A DNA stretch of 64,000 nt from the NCBI GenBank assembly GCA_016935565.1, contig JAFGQS010000144.1:10966-74965 (forward strand), written 5' to 3'. The notes below the pieces were generated by a model, which saw nothing but the letters and a program-made list of their open reading frames with translations, made no database searches and had not been told where the DNA came from. A program made the translations under genes and the position numbers. Below, piece after piece: positions 47,106 to 57,701 of the stretch (position 1 is its first letter; each line of letters begins with the position of its first letter). Source of the stretch: Deltaproteobacteria bacterium (GTDB taxonomy: Bacteria; Desulfobacterota; Syntrophia; Syntrophales; UBA6807).

Positions 47106-48042
47106 CATCATACATTCCTGCGAAACATTTCTGATTACATCGCATGTAAGACTCGATGGAGATGCTCTCGGTTCGGAATTAGCTCTCTGGCATGTTCTCC
47201 GTGATATAGGGAAAGAGGCTGCCATTTATAATGGAGATAAGACTCCCACTATTTACGAATTTCTTCCCGGAGCAAATGTTATCACAAACAATCTTCATTC
47301 CTTACATAACTTCGATGCAGCGTTTATTTTGGATTGCAGTGAACTCGAAAGAATCGGTGAAGAGGGAAATCGAATAGGTTCTATAAAGCAAATCATAAAT
47401 ATAGACCACCATATTTCGAACAACCTTTTTTCAGAAGTGTCTTTGGTTGATAGTGATGCCAGTTCTACAGGAGAAATTCTCTATCACATTATTGAGAAAC
47501 TGGGAGTTCATATCACAAAAGATATTGCAATAAATCTCTATACGGCAATCCTCACCGATACCGGCGCATTTCGCTACTCCAATACGGGAAGTCATACATT
47601 ATTTGTGGCAGCCAAACTGGTGGAGGCGGGGGCAGATCCGCGGTGGATTGCCGAAAATATCTATGAAACTAAATCCCGGGCTCAGATACGGCTCTTGAAG
47701 GATGCTTTAAATACATTAGAATTCGATTGTCAGGATAAGCTAGGATCCATTTTCGTTTCGCAACCGATGTTGCAAGAAGCGAAAGCCTTGCCTGAACATA
47801 CAGAGGGTTTTGTTGACCTGATACGCTCAATCAAGGGAGTTGAAGTGGCCGTTTTTTTCCACGAAACATCAAAAAACAACTACAAAATAAGCCTCCGATC
47901 AAAGGGACGAATCAATGTCGAAAAAATTGCACGGAACTTCGGAGGCGGGGGACATGTCAATGCATCTGCGTGCAGCATTGAAGGAAATATTATGAACGTT
48001 AAAAAGAAATTACTTGTTGTTATCAAAACTGCTGGAATATGA
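47086..48042 (+). CDS. nrnA: DHH/DHHA1 phosphoesterase (NrnA-like nanoRNase/pAp phosphatase)
   Basis: HVRLDGDALGS, NIDHH, TDTG.F, SLRSK, GGGGH; ATG 47086 preferred. Confidence 0.9.
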   Translation: MINRIVDIIHSCETFLITSHVRLDGDALGSELALWHVLRDIGKEAAIYNGDKTPTIYEFLPGANVITNNLHSLHNFDAAFILDCSELERIGEEGNRIGSIKQIINIDHHISNNLFSEVSLVDSDASSTGEILYHIIEKLGVHITKDIAINLYTAILTDTGAFRYSNTGSHTLFVAAKLVEAGADPRWIAENIYETKSRAQIRLLKDALNTLEFDCQDKLGSIFVSQPMLQEAKALPEHTEGFVDLIRSIKGVEVAVFFHETSKNNYKISLRSKGRINVEKIARNFGGGGHVNASACSIEGNIMNVKKKLLVVIKTAGI

Positions 48043-48971
48043 ACGGTGTCGTCGTTGTTGATAAACCTGCCGGGAAGACGTCCTTCGATATAATTCGTGA
48101 AATCAGGAGGGCGTTGAAGATAAGAAAGATCGGGCATACGGGAACCCTCGATCCTCTGGCTACGGGTGTGCTACCCGTTTGTATCAATGAAGCAACAAAG
48201 CTCGTACAGTTCTTTGCGCAGGACAGGAAGGAATATAGAGTTACTATGCTTCTCGGTGTCGAAACTGATACCCTGGATATTGAGGGTGCCGTTACTGCGT
48301 ACCGTGAACCAAATATCGTAAGAAACGATATAGAGAAGGTTGTTCAGAACTTTACAGGCATGATAGAGCAGAAACCTCCAAAATATTCTGCGATTAAGTT
48401 TAAGGGAAAATCCTTGTATAAATGGACTCGGGAGGGGGTCGATATCGATCCTCCTTCCAGGATGATTGAAATAAATAAAATAATGATCGAGGAAGTGGCA
48501 CTGCCCGAAGTGACCTTTCATGTATCATGTTCTAAAGGAACCTATGTGAGATCATTATGTGCGGACATGGGACGGGCGTTGGGATGCGGGGCGTGTGTGC
48601 GTGCCCTGAGAAGAACAAAAAGCGGTCACTTTCCGGAAGAGGGGGCTCTATCCCTTGAAGATCTGGATGATCTGCAAAAAAGAAAAATGCTGAAAGATCA
48701 TCTTATCCCGTTGACAGAGGCATTGCCGGAATTTCTCCCCGTTGTCGTGGATAGTGCTCTGGCGGACAGGATATATAACGGATACCAACCGGAGGCAGAA
48801 ATCTTTAAAAATAATGATATTCCTTCACTTTCCAAGGGAGATTTGATAAAGTTTCTTACAGATGATAACAACATGGTAGCAATAGCAAGGATGCTGTGCA
48901 ATTCCGATGAGATCGTGTCACTCCATGGAAAAGAGCAGATTACAAAAATTGTGAGGGTATTTAATATCTGA
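48039..48971 (+). CDS. truB: tRNA pseudouridine(55) synthase
   Basis: GHTGTLDPLATGVL, PPKYSAIK, CSKGTYVRSL. Confidence 0.96.
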   Translation: MNGVVVVDKPAGKTSFDIIREIRRALKIRKIGHTGTLDPLATGVLPVCINEATKLVQFFAQDRKEYRVTMLLGVETDTLDIEGAVTAYREPNIVRNDIEKVVQNFTGMIEQKPPKYSAIKFKGKSLYKWTREGVDIDPPSRMIEINKIMIEEVALPEVTFHVSCSKGTYVRSLCADMGRALGCGACVRALRRTKSGHFPEEGALSLEDLDDLQKRKMLKDHLIPLTEALPEFLPVVVDSALADRIYNGYQPEAEIFKNNDIPSLSKGDLIKFLTDDNNMVAIARMLCNSDEIVSLHGKEQITKIVRVFNI

Positions 48972-49076
48972 AGATAAAGGTAAGGATAGTACACAGCCAG
49001 TACATAAATGATTCGTTACGAATAACTGGCGAAAAGTGCAAGACAATTTAGAATGATAGAGGGAGGATTGCAAACA

Positions 49077-49343
49077 GTGTTGGATGTAGAGAAAAAAAAG
49101 GAAATAATGGATAATTTCCAACTTCATGAAAATGATACGGGATCTCCAGAGGTCCAGATTGCTCTTTTAAGTGCGAGAATACAGTATTTGACTGAGCACT
49201 TTAAGATTCATAAAAAAGATCACCACTCCCGGAGAGGGCTTCTTAAGCTCGTCGGTCGAAGGAGAAAGCTATTGGATTACCTCAAAAATAAAGAAATCGA
49301 GAGATACAGGTCAATCATCGAGCGTCTTGGAATACGAAGGTAA
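49077..49343 (+). CDS. rpsO: 30S ribosomal protein S15
   Basis: [24 protein letters not shown]; GTG 49077 after ggagg preferred. Confidence 0.97.
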   Translation: MLDVEKKKEIMDNFQLHENDTGSPEVQIALLSARIQYLTEHFKIHKKDHHSRRGLLKLVGRRRKLLDYLKNKEIERYRSIIERLGIRR

Positions 49344-49391
49344 TACCCAAATCCTGTGTGGTAATTATTAAAACAAGAGGGATAAAACACA

Positions 49392-51509
49392 ATGAGTGAA
49401 ATATTTTTTACCGATTTCGCAGGGCGAAACATATCTGTAAAAACGAACTATTTAGCGGGTCAGGCTAATGGAGCCGTTCTTGTCACATACGGTGAAACAG
49501 TCGTCCTCATAACTGCCGTTTCTGAAAAAAGTAAGCGAGAGAATATCGACTTTCTGCCCCTGACAGTGGATTATCAGGAAATGACGTTTGCGGCAGGAAA
49601 AATTCCAGGAGGTTTTTTCAAGAGGGAAGGACGTCCAAACGAAAAGGAAATATTAACCTCCAGATTAATTGACAGGTCAATACGGCCCCTCATACCGAAG
49701 GGCTATTTCTACGAAACACAAATTGTGGCTACCGTACTATCTTTGGATAACACAAATGGTTCCGACATTGCGGCAATGCTCGGTGCATCGACAGCACTCT
49801 GCATCTCTGATATTCCGTTTAACGGACCCGTCGTCGGGGTGAGAGTTGGCAGAATAGAGGGACAATTCATATGCAACCCATCGTGGGAAGTATTGGAAAA
49901 AAGTGAAATCGATCTCTATCTGGTGGGTCGGAAAGTAGCGCCGGGAAATGGCGATAAAGAATATGATATAAATCTGGTTATGCTGGAAGGTGGAGCCCGT
50001 GAGGTGGAGGAAGATGTCCTCATCGACGCCATAAACTTTGGTTTGGACGCGATGAGGCCTGCTATGGACCTCCAGGACCGAATCTTCAGTGAAATGAAGA
50101 GGGAAAAACGGCCGGTAGCACCCATCATCATTGATGAAGAAATCCACAAGCGGGTTTCCGAGAATGCGACGGGAAAACTGAAAGAAGCTTATGTAACGCC
50201 GCAAAAGACAGAACGGTCTCGAAAGCTGTCCGAGGCGAGAGATACTATTCTCAACGAATATAGTGATGAGGACGACACACGCAAACCGATGATTAAAACG
50301 ATCATAGAGGGATTAGAGAAAAAAATCCTTCGCGACATGATTCTCCAGGAATCAAAAAGAATCGATGACAGGTCTCATGCAGAAATAAGACCGATCAGTT
50401 GTGAAGTCGGTATACTGCCCAGAACTCATGGTTCAGCTCTCTTTACAAGAGGGGAAACCCAGGCACTTGCTGTTCTCACATTGGGAACGTCATCGGATGA
50501 ACAAAGATTGGATTTAATCAGTGGTGAGGAATTCAGATCATTTATGCTTCACTACAATTTTCCTCCCTATAGCGTAGGAGAAGCAAGATTCTTAAGGGGT
50601 CCCGGAAGGAGAGAAATCGGACATGGAGCTCTTGCAAGGAGAGCCCTCCTCCCCACCCTGCCGTCTCAGGAAGAATTCCCATACACCATTAGAATAGTAT
50701 CCGAGATATTGTCTTCTAACGGATCATCATCCATGGCTACCGTCTGCGGTGGATCCCTGTCGCTCATGGATGCCGGTGTTCCTGTAAAGGATGTTGTTGC
50801 CGGTGTTGCTATGGGTTTGTTGAAGGATGGGGATAACGTGGTCATTCTTACGGACATTCTCGGCGACGAAGACCATGCCGGTGATATGGATTTCAAGGTA
50901 TGTGGTACGAAAAAGGGTATAACGGCCTTGCAGATGGATATTAAAATAGATGGAATCACAGAAGACATTTTAAGAAAGGCCCTTTATCAGGCGAAAGAGG
51001 GAAGGTTTTTCATTATTAATAAAATGAAGGAAACGCTTTCCGAACCGAGACAGGAAATATCCATATACGCTCCGAGGATTACAACCATGAAGGTACGTCC
51101 CGAGAGGATCAGAGACGTTATCGGCACGGGTGGTAAGACGATCAGACAAATTATCAGTGAAACCGGTGTATCGATTAATGTTGAAGACGATGGTACAATA
51201 ACTATTGCTTCAAATGACGTCGAAGCAGCATCAAAAGCAATTGCCATGATAAACTGGCTGACTGAAGAAGCGGAAGTAGGAAAGATTTATCTCGGGACAG
51301 TAAAAAAAGTGGTCGATTTTGGCGCCTTCGTAGAAATACTGCCCGGAACTGAAGGTCTTGTCCATATATCTCAGCTTGCCAGGGAGAGGGTTAATAAGGT
51401 TACAGATATCCTCAAAGAGGGGGACAAAGTTCCGGTAAAAGTCTTGGACGTTGACCGAAACGGGAAAATTAAGCTGAGCAGAAAAGAGGCCCTCGACAAT
51501 AATGTATAA
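49392..51509 (+). CDS. pnp: Polyribonucleotide nucleotidyltransferase
   Basis: GKIPGGFFKREGRP, HGSALFTRGETQ, SNGSSSMA, GDMDFKV, KH and S1 domains. Confidence 0.98.
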   Translation: MSEIFFTDFAGRNISVKTNYLAGQANGAVLVTYGETVVLITAVSEKSKRENIDFLPLTVDYQEMTFAAGKIPGGFFKREGRPNEKEILTSRLIDRSIRPLIPKGYFYETQIVATVLSLDNTNGSDIAAMLGASTALCISDIPFNGPVVGVRVGRIEGQFICNPSWEVLEKSEIDLYLVGRKVAPGNGDKEYDINLVMLEGGAREVEEDVLIDAINFGLDAMRPAMDLQDRIFSEMKREKRPVAPIIIDEEIHKRVSENATGKLKEAYVTPQKTERSRKLSEARDTILNEYSDEDDTRKPMIKTIIEGLEKKILRDMILQESKRIDDRSHAEIRPISCEVGILPRTHGSALFTRGETQALAVLTLGTSSDEQRLDLISGEEFRSFMLHYNFPPYSVGEARFLRGPGRREIGHGALARRALLPTLPSQEEFPYTIRIVSEILSSNGSSSMATVCGGSLSLMDAGVPVKDVVAGVAMGLLKDGDNVVILTDILGDEDHAGDMDFKVCGTKKGITALQMDIKIDGITEDILRKALYQAKEGRFFIINKMKETLSEPRQEISIYAPRITTMKVRPERIRDVIGTGGKTIRQIISETGVSINVEDDGTITIASNDVEAASKAIAMINWLTEEAEVGKIYLGTVKKVVDFGAFVEILPGTEGLVHISQLARERVNKVTDILKEGDKVPVKVLDVDRNGKIKLSRKEALDNNV

Positions 51510-52755
51510 TAAAACCGCTCTCGATAACGGGATACGAATCGTTACCGAGGAAATCAATCATGTCAGATCTGTTTCCCTCGGTGTGTGGGTTGAGAGCGGT
51601 TCCCGCTACGAAGATTCAACCATCAATGGCATAGCTCACTGTATCGAACACATGCTCTTCAAAGGAACAAAAAACCGTTCTGCTCTTGACATTGTTTCAT
51701 CCATTGATTCCGTAGGCGGTATCATGAACGCCTACACGGGGAAGGAATTGACATCTTTCTACGTCAAGATACCTGATTATCATCTCGCCATGGCCATTGA
51801 TCTCCTTGCGGATATATTTCAAAATTCTCTCTTCGATCCTGCAGAACTCGACAAAGAAAAACTGGTTATACTTCAGGAAATCCATATGCTGGAAGACACT
51901 CCTGACGAATATATCTACGACTTTTTTGGAAAGATATTCTGGGATGATCATCCCCTTGGGTTGCCTATCCTCGGAACAAAAGATACCGTCACACGTTTCC
52001 TGAGAAATAATATTGTTGATTTTTTTACCAGGCAATACAACGGGAACAATATGACAATAGCTGCAGCAGGCAACCTCAAACACGATGATTTCGTGAGCCT
52101 CGTTGAGCAGTCATTTTCTTCTATCAAGGGATCTTCTATCAAAGAAGAAACGATGGGATGTACCGTTACGTCAAACATTGCTATCTTTGAAAAAGACCTC
52201 GAACAAGTCCATGTTATGATTGGAACGCTTGCCCCTGCTTCTACAAGCGATGACCGGTATACTGCAGTTTTGATGAATACCATCCTCGGTGGAAGTATGA
52301 GTTCCAGGCTCTTTCAAGAAATCAGGGAGAAACGGGGATTGGCATATACAATTCATTCTTTTCTCCTTCCATACTACGATGTGGGAATGCTCGGCATTTA
52401 TTTTGGTGCCAGTGAGGACAGGGTAACAGACATTATAACGTTAGTTATGGAGGAATTGAAGAAACTCTCTAATAATTCTTTACTGGAACGGGAAATTCAA
52501 TCCGCCAAGGAACAAATGAAAGGAAATTTCCTGTTGAGTATGGAAAGTACCGATATTCGTATGACGAGACTTGCCAAAAACGAAATATATTTTTCGAGAA
52601 ATATCGAATTTGATGAAGTTGTTGAGCACATTAACGGAATTAGCAAGGAAAATGTGAAAGACTTGGCCGGTAAGATATTCAGGTCTGAAATACTATCCAT
52701 GGCAGTACTGGGACGGGTTAAGAAGAAGGATTTTACACCGGAGTTACTGATGTAA
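51502..52755 (+). CDS. M16-family (pitrilysin) zinc peptidase
   Basis: GIAHCIEHMLFKGT (HxxEH), NAYT.KE, GGSMSSRLFQEIREKRGLAY. Confidence 0.93.
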   Translation: MYNKTALDNGIRIVTEEINHVRSVSLGVWVESGSRYEDSTINGIAHCIEHMLFKGTKNRSALDIVSSIDSVGGIMNAYTGKELTSFYVKIPDYHLAMAIDLLADIFQNSLFDPAELDKEKLVILQEIHMLEDTPDEYIYDFFGKIFWDDHPLGLPILGTKDTVTRFLRNNIVDFFTRQYNGNNMTIAAAGNLKHDDFVSLVEQSFSSIKGSSIKEETMGCTVTSNIAIFEKDLEQVHVMIGTLAPASTSDDRYTAVLMNTILGGSMSSRLFQEIREKRGLAYTIHSFLLPYYDVGMLGIYFGASEDRVTDIITLVMEELKKLSNNSLLEREIQSAKEQMKGNFLLSMESTDIRMTRLAKNEIYFSRNIEFDEVVEHINGISKENVKDLAGKIFRSEILSMAVLGRVKKKDFTPELLM

Positions 52756-53207
52756 TGAGTGTCGAAGAAATAACAATATCCGTCAAGAGAGTAACGGGCA
52801 ATGACGACATTTCTCTGCCCCGTTATATGACGGAGCATGCAGCAGGAATGGATGTCTTTGCGGCGGTGGAGCATGAACAGATAATTCGACCCGGTGAGAC
52901 GAAGCTGATACCGACCGGTATCGAGATTGCCCTCCCGATAGGATATGAAGTCCAGATTAGGCCAAGAAGTGGTCTTGCTCTCTCCAACGGAATTTCGCTG
53001 CTTAACTCTCCCGGCACCATTGATGCTGATTATCGTGGAGAGGTTGGCATTATTATCATCAACCATGGCAAGGAACCGTTTATCATACGGAGAGGCGATC
53101 GCATTGCCCAAATGGTCGTTAATCGAGTCTCCAAAGCATCCTGGAATGTTTGCGAAGATCTTAGTTCGACCCAAAGAGGCAACGGGGGATTCGGCCATAC
53201 CGGATAA
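52755..53207 (+). CDS. dut: dUTP diphosphatase
   Basis: AAGMD, RPRSGLA, PGTIDADYRGE, GDRIAQ, RGNGGFGHTG. Confidence 0.96.
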   Translation: MSVEEITISVKRVTGNDDISLPRYMTEHAAGMDVFAAVEHEQIIRPGETKLIPTGIEIALPIGYEVQIRPRSGLALSNGISLLNSPGTIDADYRGEVGIIIINHGKEPFIIRRGDRIAQMVVNRVSKASWNVCEDLSSTQRGNGGFGHTG

Positions 53208-53242
53208 ATGATGAAAAGCTTAATAAATAGAAATGGAAAGAG

Positions 53243-53277
53243 ACCTCTTCTCGCATATAGTCGGAAGAGGTTTTTTT
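53243..53277 (+). terminator. Rho-independent terminator after dut
   Basis: acctcttc...gaagaggt followed by a T-run. Confidence 0.65.
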
Positions 53278-53386
53278 ACATACACGATCCTGTTACCGTT
53301 AAATTGAATATTGTTTTATTTTTCACTTTAGTGTATTGCTATGTAATCCAATCTGTTAGCTTTTTTTACACCCAGGGGGACTGTTC

Positions 53387-54562
53387 ATGAAGAAATTTAA
53401 GGTAAACAAAACCTTTAAAGAAATTAACGAAAAGATAAGGCACGGTAAAGCAGTCGTGGTTACGGCCGAGGAAATGATTGATATTGTGGAAAAGAAGGGT
53501 GCACTTGAAGCGGCGAGAAAGATTGATGTCGTTACGACAGGGACTTTCGCTCCCATGTGTTCTTCAGGTGTTTTTATCAATTTCGGCCATACCTCCCCTC
53601 GAATGAGGGCTTCACGGGTATGGCTCAATGATGTTCCCGCATATGGCGGGATTGCCGCTGTAGACTGTTACATCGGAGCAACAGAGGTTGTGGAAGGGGA
53701 TCCCCTGAACAGCGTTCACCCCGGTGAATTTAATTATGGCGGAGGACATGTTATTGAAGACCTCGTGGCGGGAAATGTGATCAGACTGAGACTTGAAGGT
53801 TATGGTACCGATTGCTACCCGGCCAGAAAGCTTGAGAAGAATATCACGATACACGATTTGAGAAATGCAATTCTCCTCAATCCGAGGAATGCATACCAGA
53901 ATTATAATTGTGCGGTCAATATGTCGGACAAAACTATTTACACCTATATGGGTGTGCTGCGACCGCGAATGGCGAATGCAACGTATTCAACATCAGGCCA
54001 ATTAAGTCCCCTGTTTAATGATCCCTATTGTAAAACGATCGGCATCGGAACACGAATATTTCTGGGAGGAACCAAAGGCTACGTAGCGTGGCACGGAACG
54101 CAGCATAATCCTCATGTTCCGAGAGGCAAAAACGGAGTTCCGAAAGAAGGAGCAGGTACGATAGCAACGATAGGAAATCTTATTGAGATGAGTCCTAAAT
54201 GGATCGTGGGGGCAAGCATTCTCGGGTACGGCGTATCCCTCTATGTCGGGATCGGCATACCAATACCGATTCTCAATGAAGACATGGCACAGTATACCTC
54301 GGTTTCAGATAAAGATATTTATACTCAAGTTTTTGACTACGGAGTCGATTATCCTAATGGAGTAGTGAAAAGTCTTCGTGAAGTCAGTTATAAGGAACTG
54401 AGAAGCGGCACAATCACACTCAACGGCAAGAAGATTCCAACAGCACCACTGTCCAGTTATTATCGGGCAATGGAGATAGCAAACACCTTGAAAGAATGGA
54501 TTGAAAAGGGAACGTTCTTACTGGGGGAGCCACAAGAAATCCTTCCCTCAGAAAAAACATAG
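53387..54562 (+). CDS. DUF39-family homocysteine biosynthesis protein (L-aspartate semialdehyde sulfurtransferase-like)
   Basis: EINEKI..GKAVVVTAEE, DVVTTGTFAPMCSSG, YGGGHVIEDL, GTDCYP, NPRNAYQNY. Confidence 0.85.
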   Translation: MKKFKVNKTFKEINEKIRHGKAVVVTAEEMIDIVEKKGALEAARKIDVVTTGTFAPMCSSGVFINFGHTSPRMRASRVWLNDVPAYGGIAAVDCYIGATEVVEGDPLNSVHPGEFNYGGGHVIEDLVAGNVIRLRLEGYGTDCYPARKLEKNITIHDLRNAILLNPRNAYQNYNCAVNMSDKTIYTYMGVLRPRMANATYSTSGQLSPLFNDPYCKTIGIGTRIFLGGTKGYVAWHGTQHNPHVPRGKNGVPKEGAGTIATIGNLIEMSPKWIVGASILGYGVSLYVGIGIPIPILNEDMAQYTSVSDKDIYTQVFDYGVDYPNGVVKSLREVSYKELRSGTITLNGKKIPTAPLSSYYRAMEIANTLKEWIEKGTFLLGEPQEILPSEKT

Positions 54563-54688
54563 GCTTCATGTATCTGAGATATCGTTTCGTTTCTTTACAA
54601 GTAGTCAGTTTTAATGTAAAAGGAGTTGAGTGTTAAGAGGGGAAGGTGTATATCCCTTCAAATGTTATTGTACTGAGGGTTATGGTGT

Positions 54689-54955
54689 ATGAAAATCGGT
54701 AGATATTTTATCGTGGTACTGATCGTTATGGGGTTGCTCATACTCTTCGGAGATAAAGGCCTGGTTGACTATTTTTCCCTCAAAGCAAAAATGCTCACCT
54801 TACAGGAAGCGAATGAGCGGATAGCGTGTGAAAACAGGATATTGAAGGAAAAGATCATGTTACTGAGACATGATTCACGGTATATTGAAACTGTCGCACG
54901 GCATGACCTTGGCATGGTGAGGAAGGGAGATATCGTTTATCGTTTCGTCGAATAA
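54689..54955 (+). CDS. ftsB: Septum formation initiator FtsB/DivIC
   Basis: TM segment, GDKGL, coiled coil, IETVARHDLGMVRKGD. Confidence 0.85.
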   Translation: MKIGRYFIVVLIVMGLLILFGDKGLVDYFSLKAKMLTLQEANERIACENRILKEKIMLLRHDSRYIETVARHDLGMVRKGDIVYRFVE

Positions 54956-55003
54956 CGGGATGATTATTTTCCATAAAAAAGCGTCGTCAAAAAGGAAGTA
55001 TGC

Positions 55004-56065
55004 ATGGGAGCACTGAAAGATCTGTTATTAGGCAGCAAGAAAGTTGCCGGACTTGATATCGGGTCAAGCCTTATCAAGTTAATAGAAATTGATGACACGC
55101 CAAAAGGATATGCGCTCAAAAGTTATGCTCAGGCTCCGCTTCAAAGGGGCGTGATCGAAAATGGTCTCGTGCATGATCTTGCGAAGCTTACCAATACGAT
55201 CAAGGGACTTTTTAAAAAATCTAAGTGCAGGGTTAAGAACGTTGCTACAGCCCTGTCGGGACACTCGGTCATTATTAAAAAAGCGAATTTTGCTCGGATG
55301 CAAGATGAAGAATTGCGGGAATTATTGACCGATGAGGCAGAAAATTATATGCCTTTCGATGATGTCAGTGAAATCAATTTTGACTTCTTTATCATTGGTG
55401 AGAATGACCTGAATCCGAATCAGATGGATGTCATGATAGTTGCGGCGAAAAAAGATATTATTCATGACTGCACGAGTGCTGTCGAAAACGCGGGGCGTCA
55501 CGTCGCTATCGTGGATGTCGACTCTTTTGCTCTGGAAGCGGCTTACGAAGAAAACTATGATTTTACCGAGGAGGATATCGTTGCACTCGTCAATATAGGG
55601 GCCAGTATAACAAACATCAATATTGTCAAAGGAGGCATGTCTGTTTTCACCCGTAACTTTCTGTTGGGAGGCAATGCGATAACTGAAGCCGTGCAGAAAA
55701 ATCTGGGCGTATCTTTTGAAGAAGCAGAAGAAGCAAAACTTGCGAGAGGAGTACCGCTCAATCAGGAGGAACTCATTGAGTATACCCAACCCGTCTTCGC
55801 CGAAATTGAACGATCTATTGATTATTTCAGTTCCACTTTTATGGATCCATATATAAAGAAGATTCTGATAAGCGGAGGATGTTCTCATCTTCCCGGCATT
55901 ATGGAAGCTCTCACGGCACGAACCAATTGTGAAGTAGAAAAATTTAATCCTTTTAAAAACATAACCTACGATAAAAAAATTTTCAGGGAATCTTACCTTG
56001 AAAACATAGGACCCACAGCAACCCTTGGGGTCGGGTTAGCCCTGAGAAGGATAGATGACAAATGA
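55004..56065 (+). CDS. pilM: Type IV pilus assembly protein PilM
   Basis: GLDIGSSLIK, ALSGHSVIIKK, DVDSFALE, NIGAS, GLALR; operon context. Confidence 0.93.
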   Translation: MGALKDLLLGSKKVAGLDIGSSLIKLIEIDDTPKGYALKSYAQAPLQRGVIENGLVHDLAKLTNTIKGLFKKSKCRVKNVATALSGHSVIIKKANFARMQDEELRELLTDEAENYMPFDDVSEINFDFFIIGENDLNPNQMDVMIVAAKKDIIHDCTSAVENAGRHVAIVDVDSFALEAAYEENYDFTEEDIVALVNIGASITNINIVKGGMSVFTRNFLLGGNAITEAVQKNLGVSFEEAEEAKLARGVPLNQEELIEYTQPVFAEIERSIDYFSSTFMDPYIKKILISGGCSHLPGIMEALTARTNCEVEKFNPFKNITYDKKIFRESYLENIGPTATLGVGLALRRIDDK

Positions 56066-56607
56066 TAAAAGTTAATCTGCTTCCGTATTGGGAAGAGAAG
56101 AAAAAGGCGGGAATCAAACGGCAGATTTTCATTCTTTCCCTATCGTTTTCCCTGTTCCTTATTATAATTGCCTCAGTCCATATATATATGGTTTTGGGTA
56201 TCAATTCACTCGAAAAACGTGTGAAAAATGCAGAAGTTCGATTGAAGAAACTCACGCAAATTACCGGTGACGTCGAAAAATTCAAAAAAGATAAAGCAAT
56301 TGTCATGAAGAAGTTGAAGGTTATTACTGATCTTGAACATAACAGGAAGGATCCTCTTTATCTTCTACTCGAGGTTGCAAATGGAATACCCCAGGGAAAG
56401 ATATGGCTTACATCCATATCGGAAAAGGGAGATGCCTTGTATTTGACCGGAATAGCTATGGATAATTCAGCTATTGCCCTATTTATGATAAATTTGAAAA
56501 TGTCCGCATATATCAATTCCGTGGACTTGATAACATCTTCACTGGCAACGGTTTCAAACACGAAGGTAATGAATTTTACATTATCCTGTGCGTTGAGAAG
56601 AGGTTAG
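56062..56607 (+). CDS. pilN: Type IV pilus assembly protein PilN
   Basis: MIKVNLLP, single TM, IWLTSI; context. Confidence 0.9.
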   Translation: MIKVNLLPYWEEKKKAGIKRQIFILSLSFSLFLIIIASVHIYMVLGINSLEKRVKNAEVRLKKLTQITGDVEKFKKDKAIVMKKLKVITDLEHNRKDPLYLLLEVANGIPQGKIWLTSISEKGDALYLTGIAMDNSAIALFMINLKMSAYINSVDLITSSLATVSNTKVMNFTLSCALRRG

Positions 56608-56610
56608 AAT

Positions 56611-57225
56611 ATGGCAATCACCGTTGAAGATATAAAAAGGATGCCCACGCAATACAAGGTTCTGGTTGTCCTGTTTGTATTGCTCCTGTTGGGGTACTTC
56701 TACTACTTTTTCTTCTTTCAGGCGGCACTCGACAAGAAAAGTAAATTATCAAACAAATTGGAAACCCTCGAAGGCAAAATAAAAGTGAAAGAGCAGGTGG
56801 CTCGGCGGATAAATGAACACAAGGAAGAAATTGCCAGGCTCAATGAACAGCTGAAAGTGGCCATGGCCAGGCTTCCTGAGAAGAAAGAGATACCGGGACT
56901 TCTTACGTCCGTTTCCCAGGCAGGAGTGAAAGCAGGTCTTGAATTCTTACTGTTTAAACCAATGGAACCCGTTACGAAAGATTTTTATGCTGAAATACCA
57001 ATCCAGATAGCAATTGTGGGTAACTTCTATAATACTGCGCACTTTTTCGAAAGTGTCGCGAATCTGCCCCGTATCGTAAACATACAAGGTATTTCAACCC
57101 AAAAAGCATCGGCAAGCGAAACGGGAGAGTTTCTCCTTAAGACAACGTGTGTTATAAAAACGTATATGTTTGTGGAAAAGAAAAATGAAGGAAAAGGCAA
57201 AAAAAAGAAACAACGGAACAAATAA
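56611..57225 (+). CDS. pilO: Type IV pilus assembly protein PilO
   Basis: LPEKKEIPGLL, FYAEIPI, LPRIVNI. Confidence 0.92.
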   Translation: MAITVEDIKRMPTQYKVLVVLFVLLLLGYFYYFFFFQAALDKKSKLSNKLETLEGKIKVKEQVARRINEHKEEIARLNEQLKVAMARLPEKKEIPGLLTSVSQAGVKAGLEFLLFKPMEPVTKDFYAEIPIQIAIVGNFYNTAHFFESVANLPRIVNIQGISTQKASASETGEFLLKTTCVIKTYMFVEKKNEGKGKKKKQRNK

Positions 57226-57697
57226 CGTTCTGATGTGCGTGTTCATAGTTATTTTCTCCCTTTCCTTGATATTAGTTGTATGTCAGGCCTATGGAGATGA
57301 GGCAAAAAGTGCGGAAACCAGGATGTCGAACTACGACATAGAAGGAACGCCCGATCCCTTTAAACCGGTCATTCAGCCAATCATGATAAAAAAGGCAAAG
57401 ACAACCGTAAAAGAGGCAAAATCTGTTCCTCTAACACCGCTTGAACTGTTCAGCATTGGTCAACTCAAGTTGGTAGGCATCACGATGGGTCAGGGAAAGA
57501 ATATGGCCATGATAGAAGACCCGACGGGAAAATTTTATCTCATCACCAAGGGAACCCTGATCGGCCTCAAAAAAGGTAAAGTTGCAGATATACATCCTGA
57601 TCGCGTTGTAATAGAAGAAAAGACGATAGACTCTGATGAAAAAAAGAAGGTAAGTCGTATTGTATTAGAACTTTTCAGTGAAACAAGAGGGGAATAG
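57185..57697 (+). CDS. pilP: Type IV pilus assembly protein PilP
   Basis: DPFKP, PLELFSIGQLKLVGI, AMIEDPTGK; exact start uncertain. Confidence 0.85.
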   Translation: MKEKAKKRNNGTNNVLMCVFIVIFSLSLILVVCQAYGDEAKSAETRMSNYDIEGTPDPFKPVIQPIMIKKAKTTVKEAKSVPLTPLELFSIGQLKLVGITMGQGKNMAMIEDPTGKFYLITKGTLIGLKKGKVADIHPDRVVIEEKTIDSDEKKKVSRIVLELFSETRGE

Positions 57698-57701
57698 TAC
57701 A

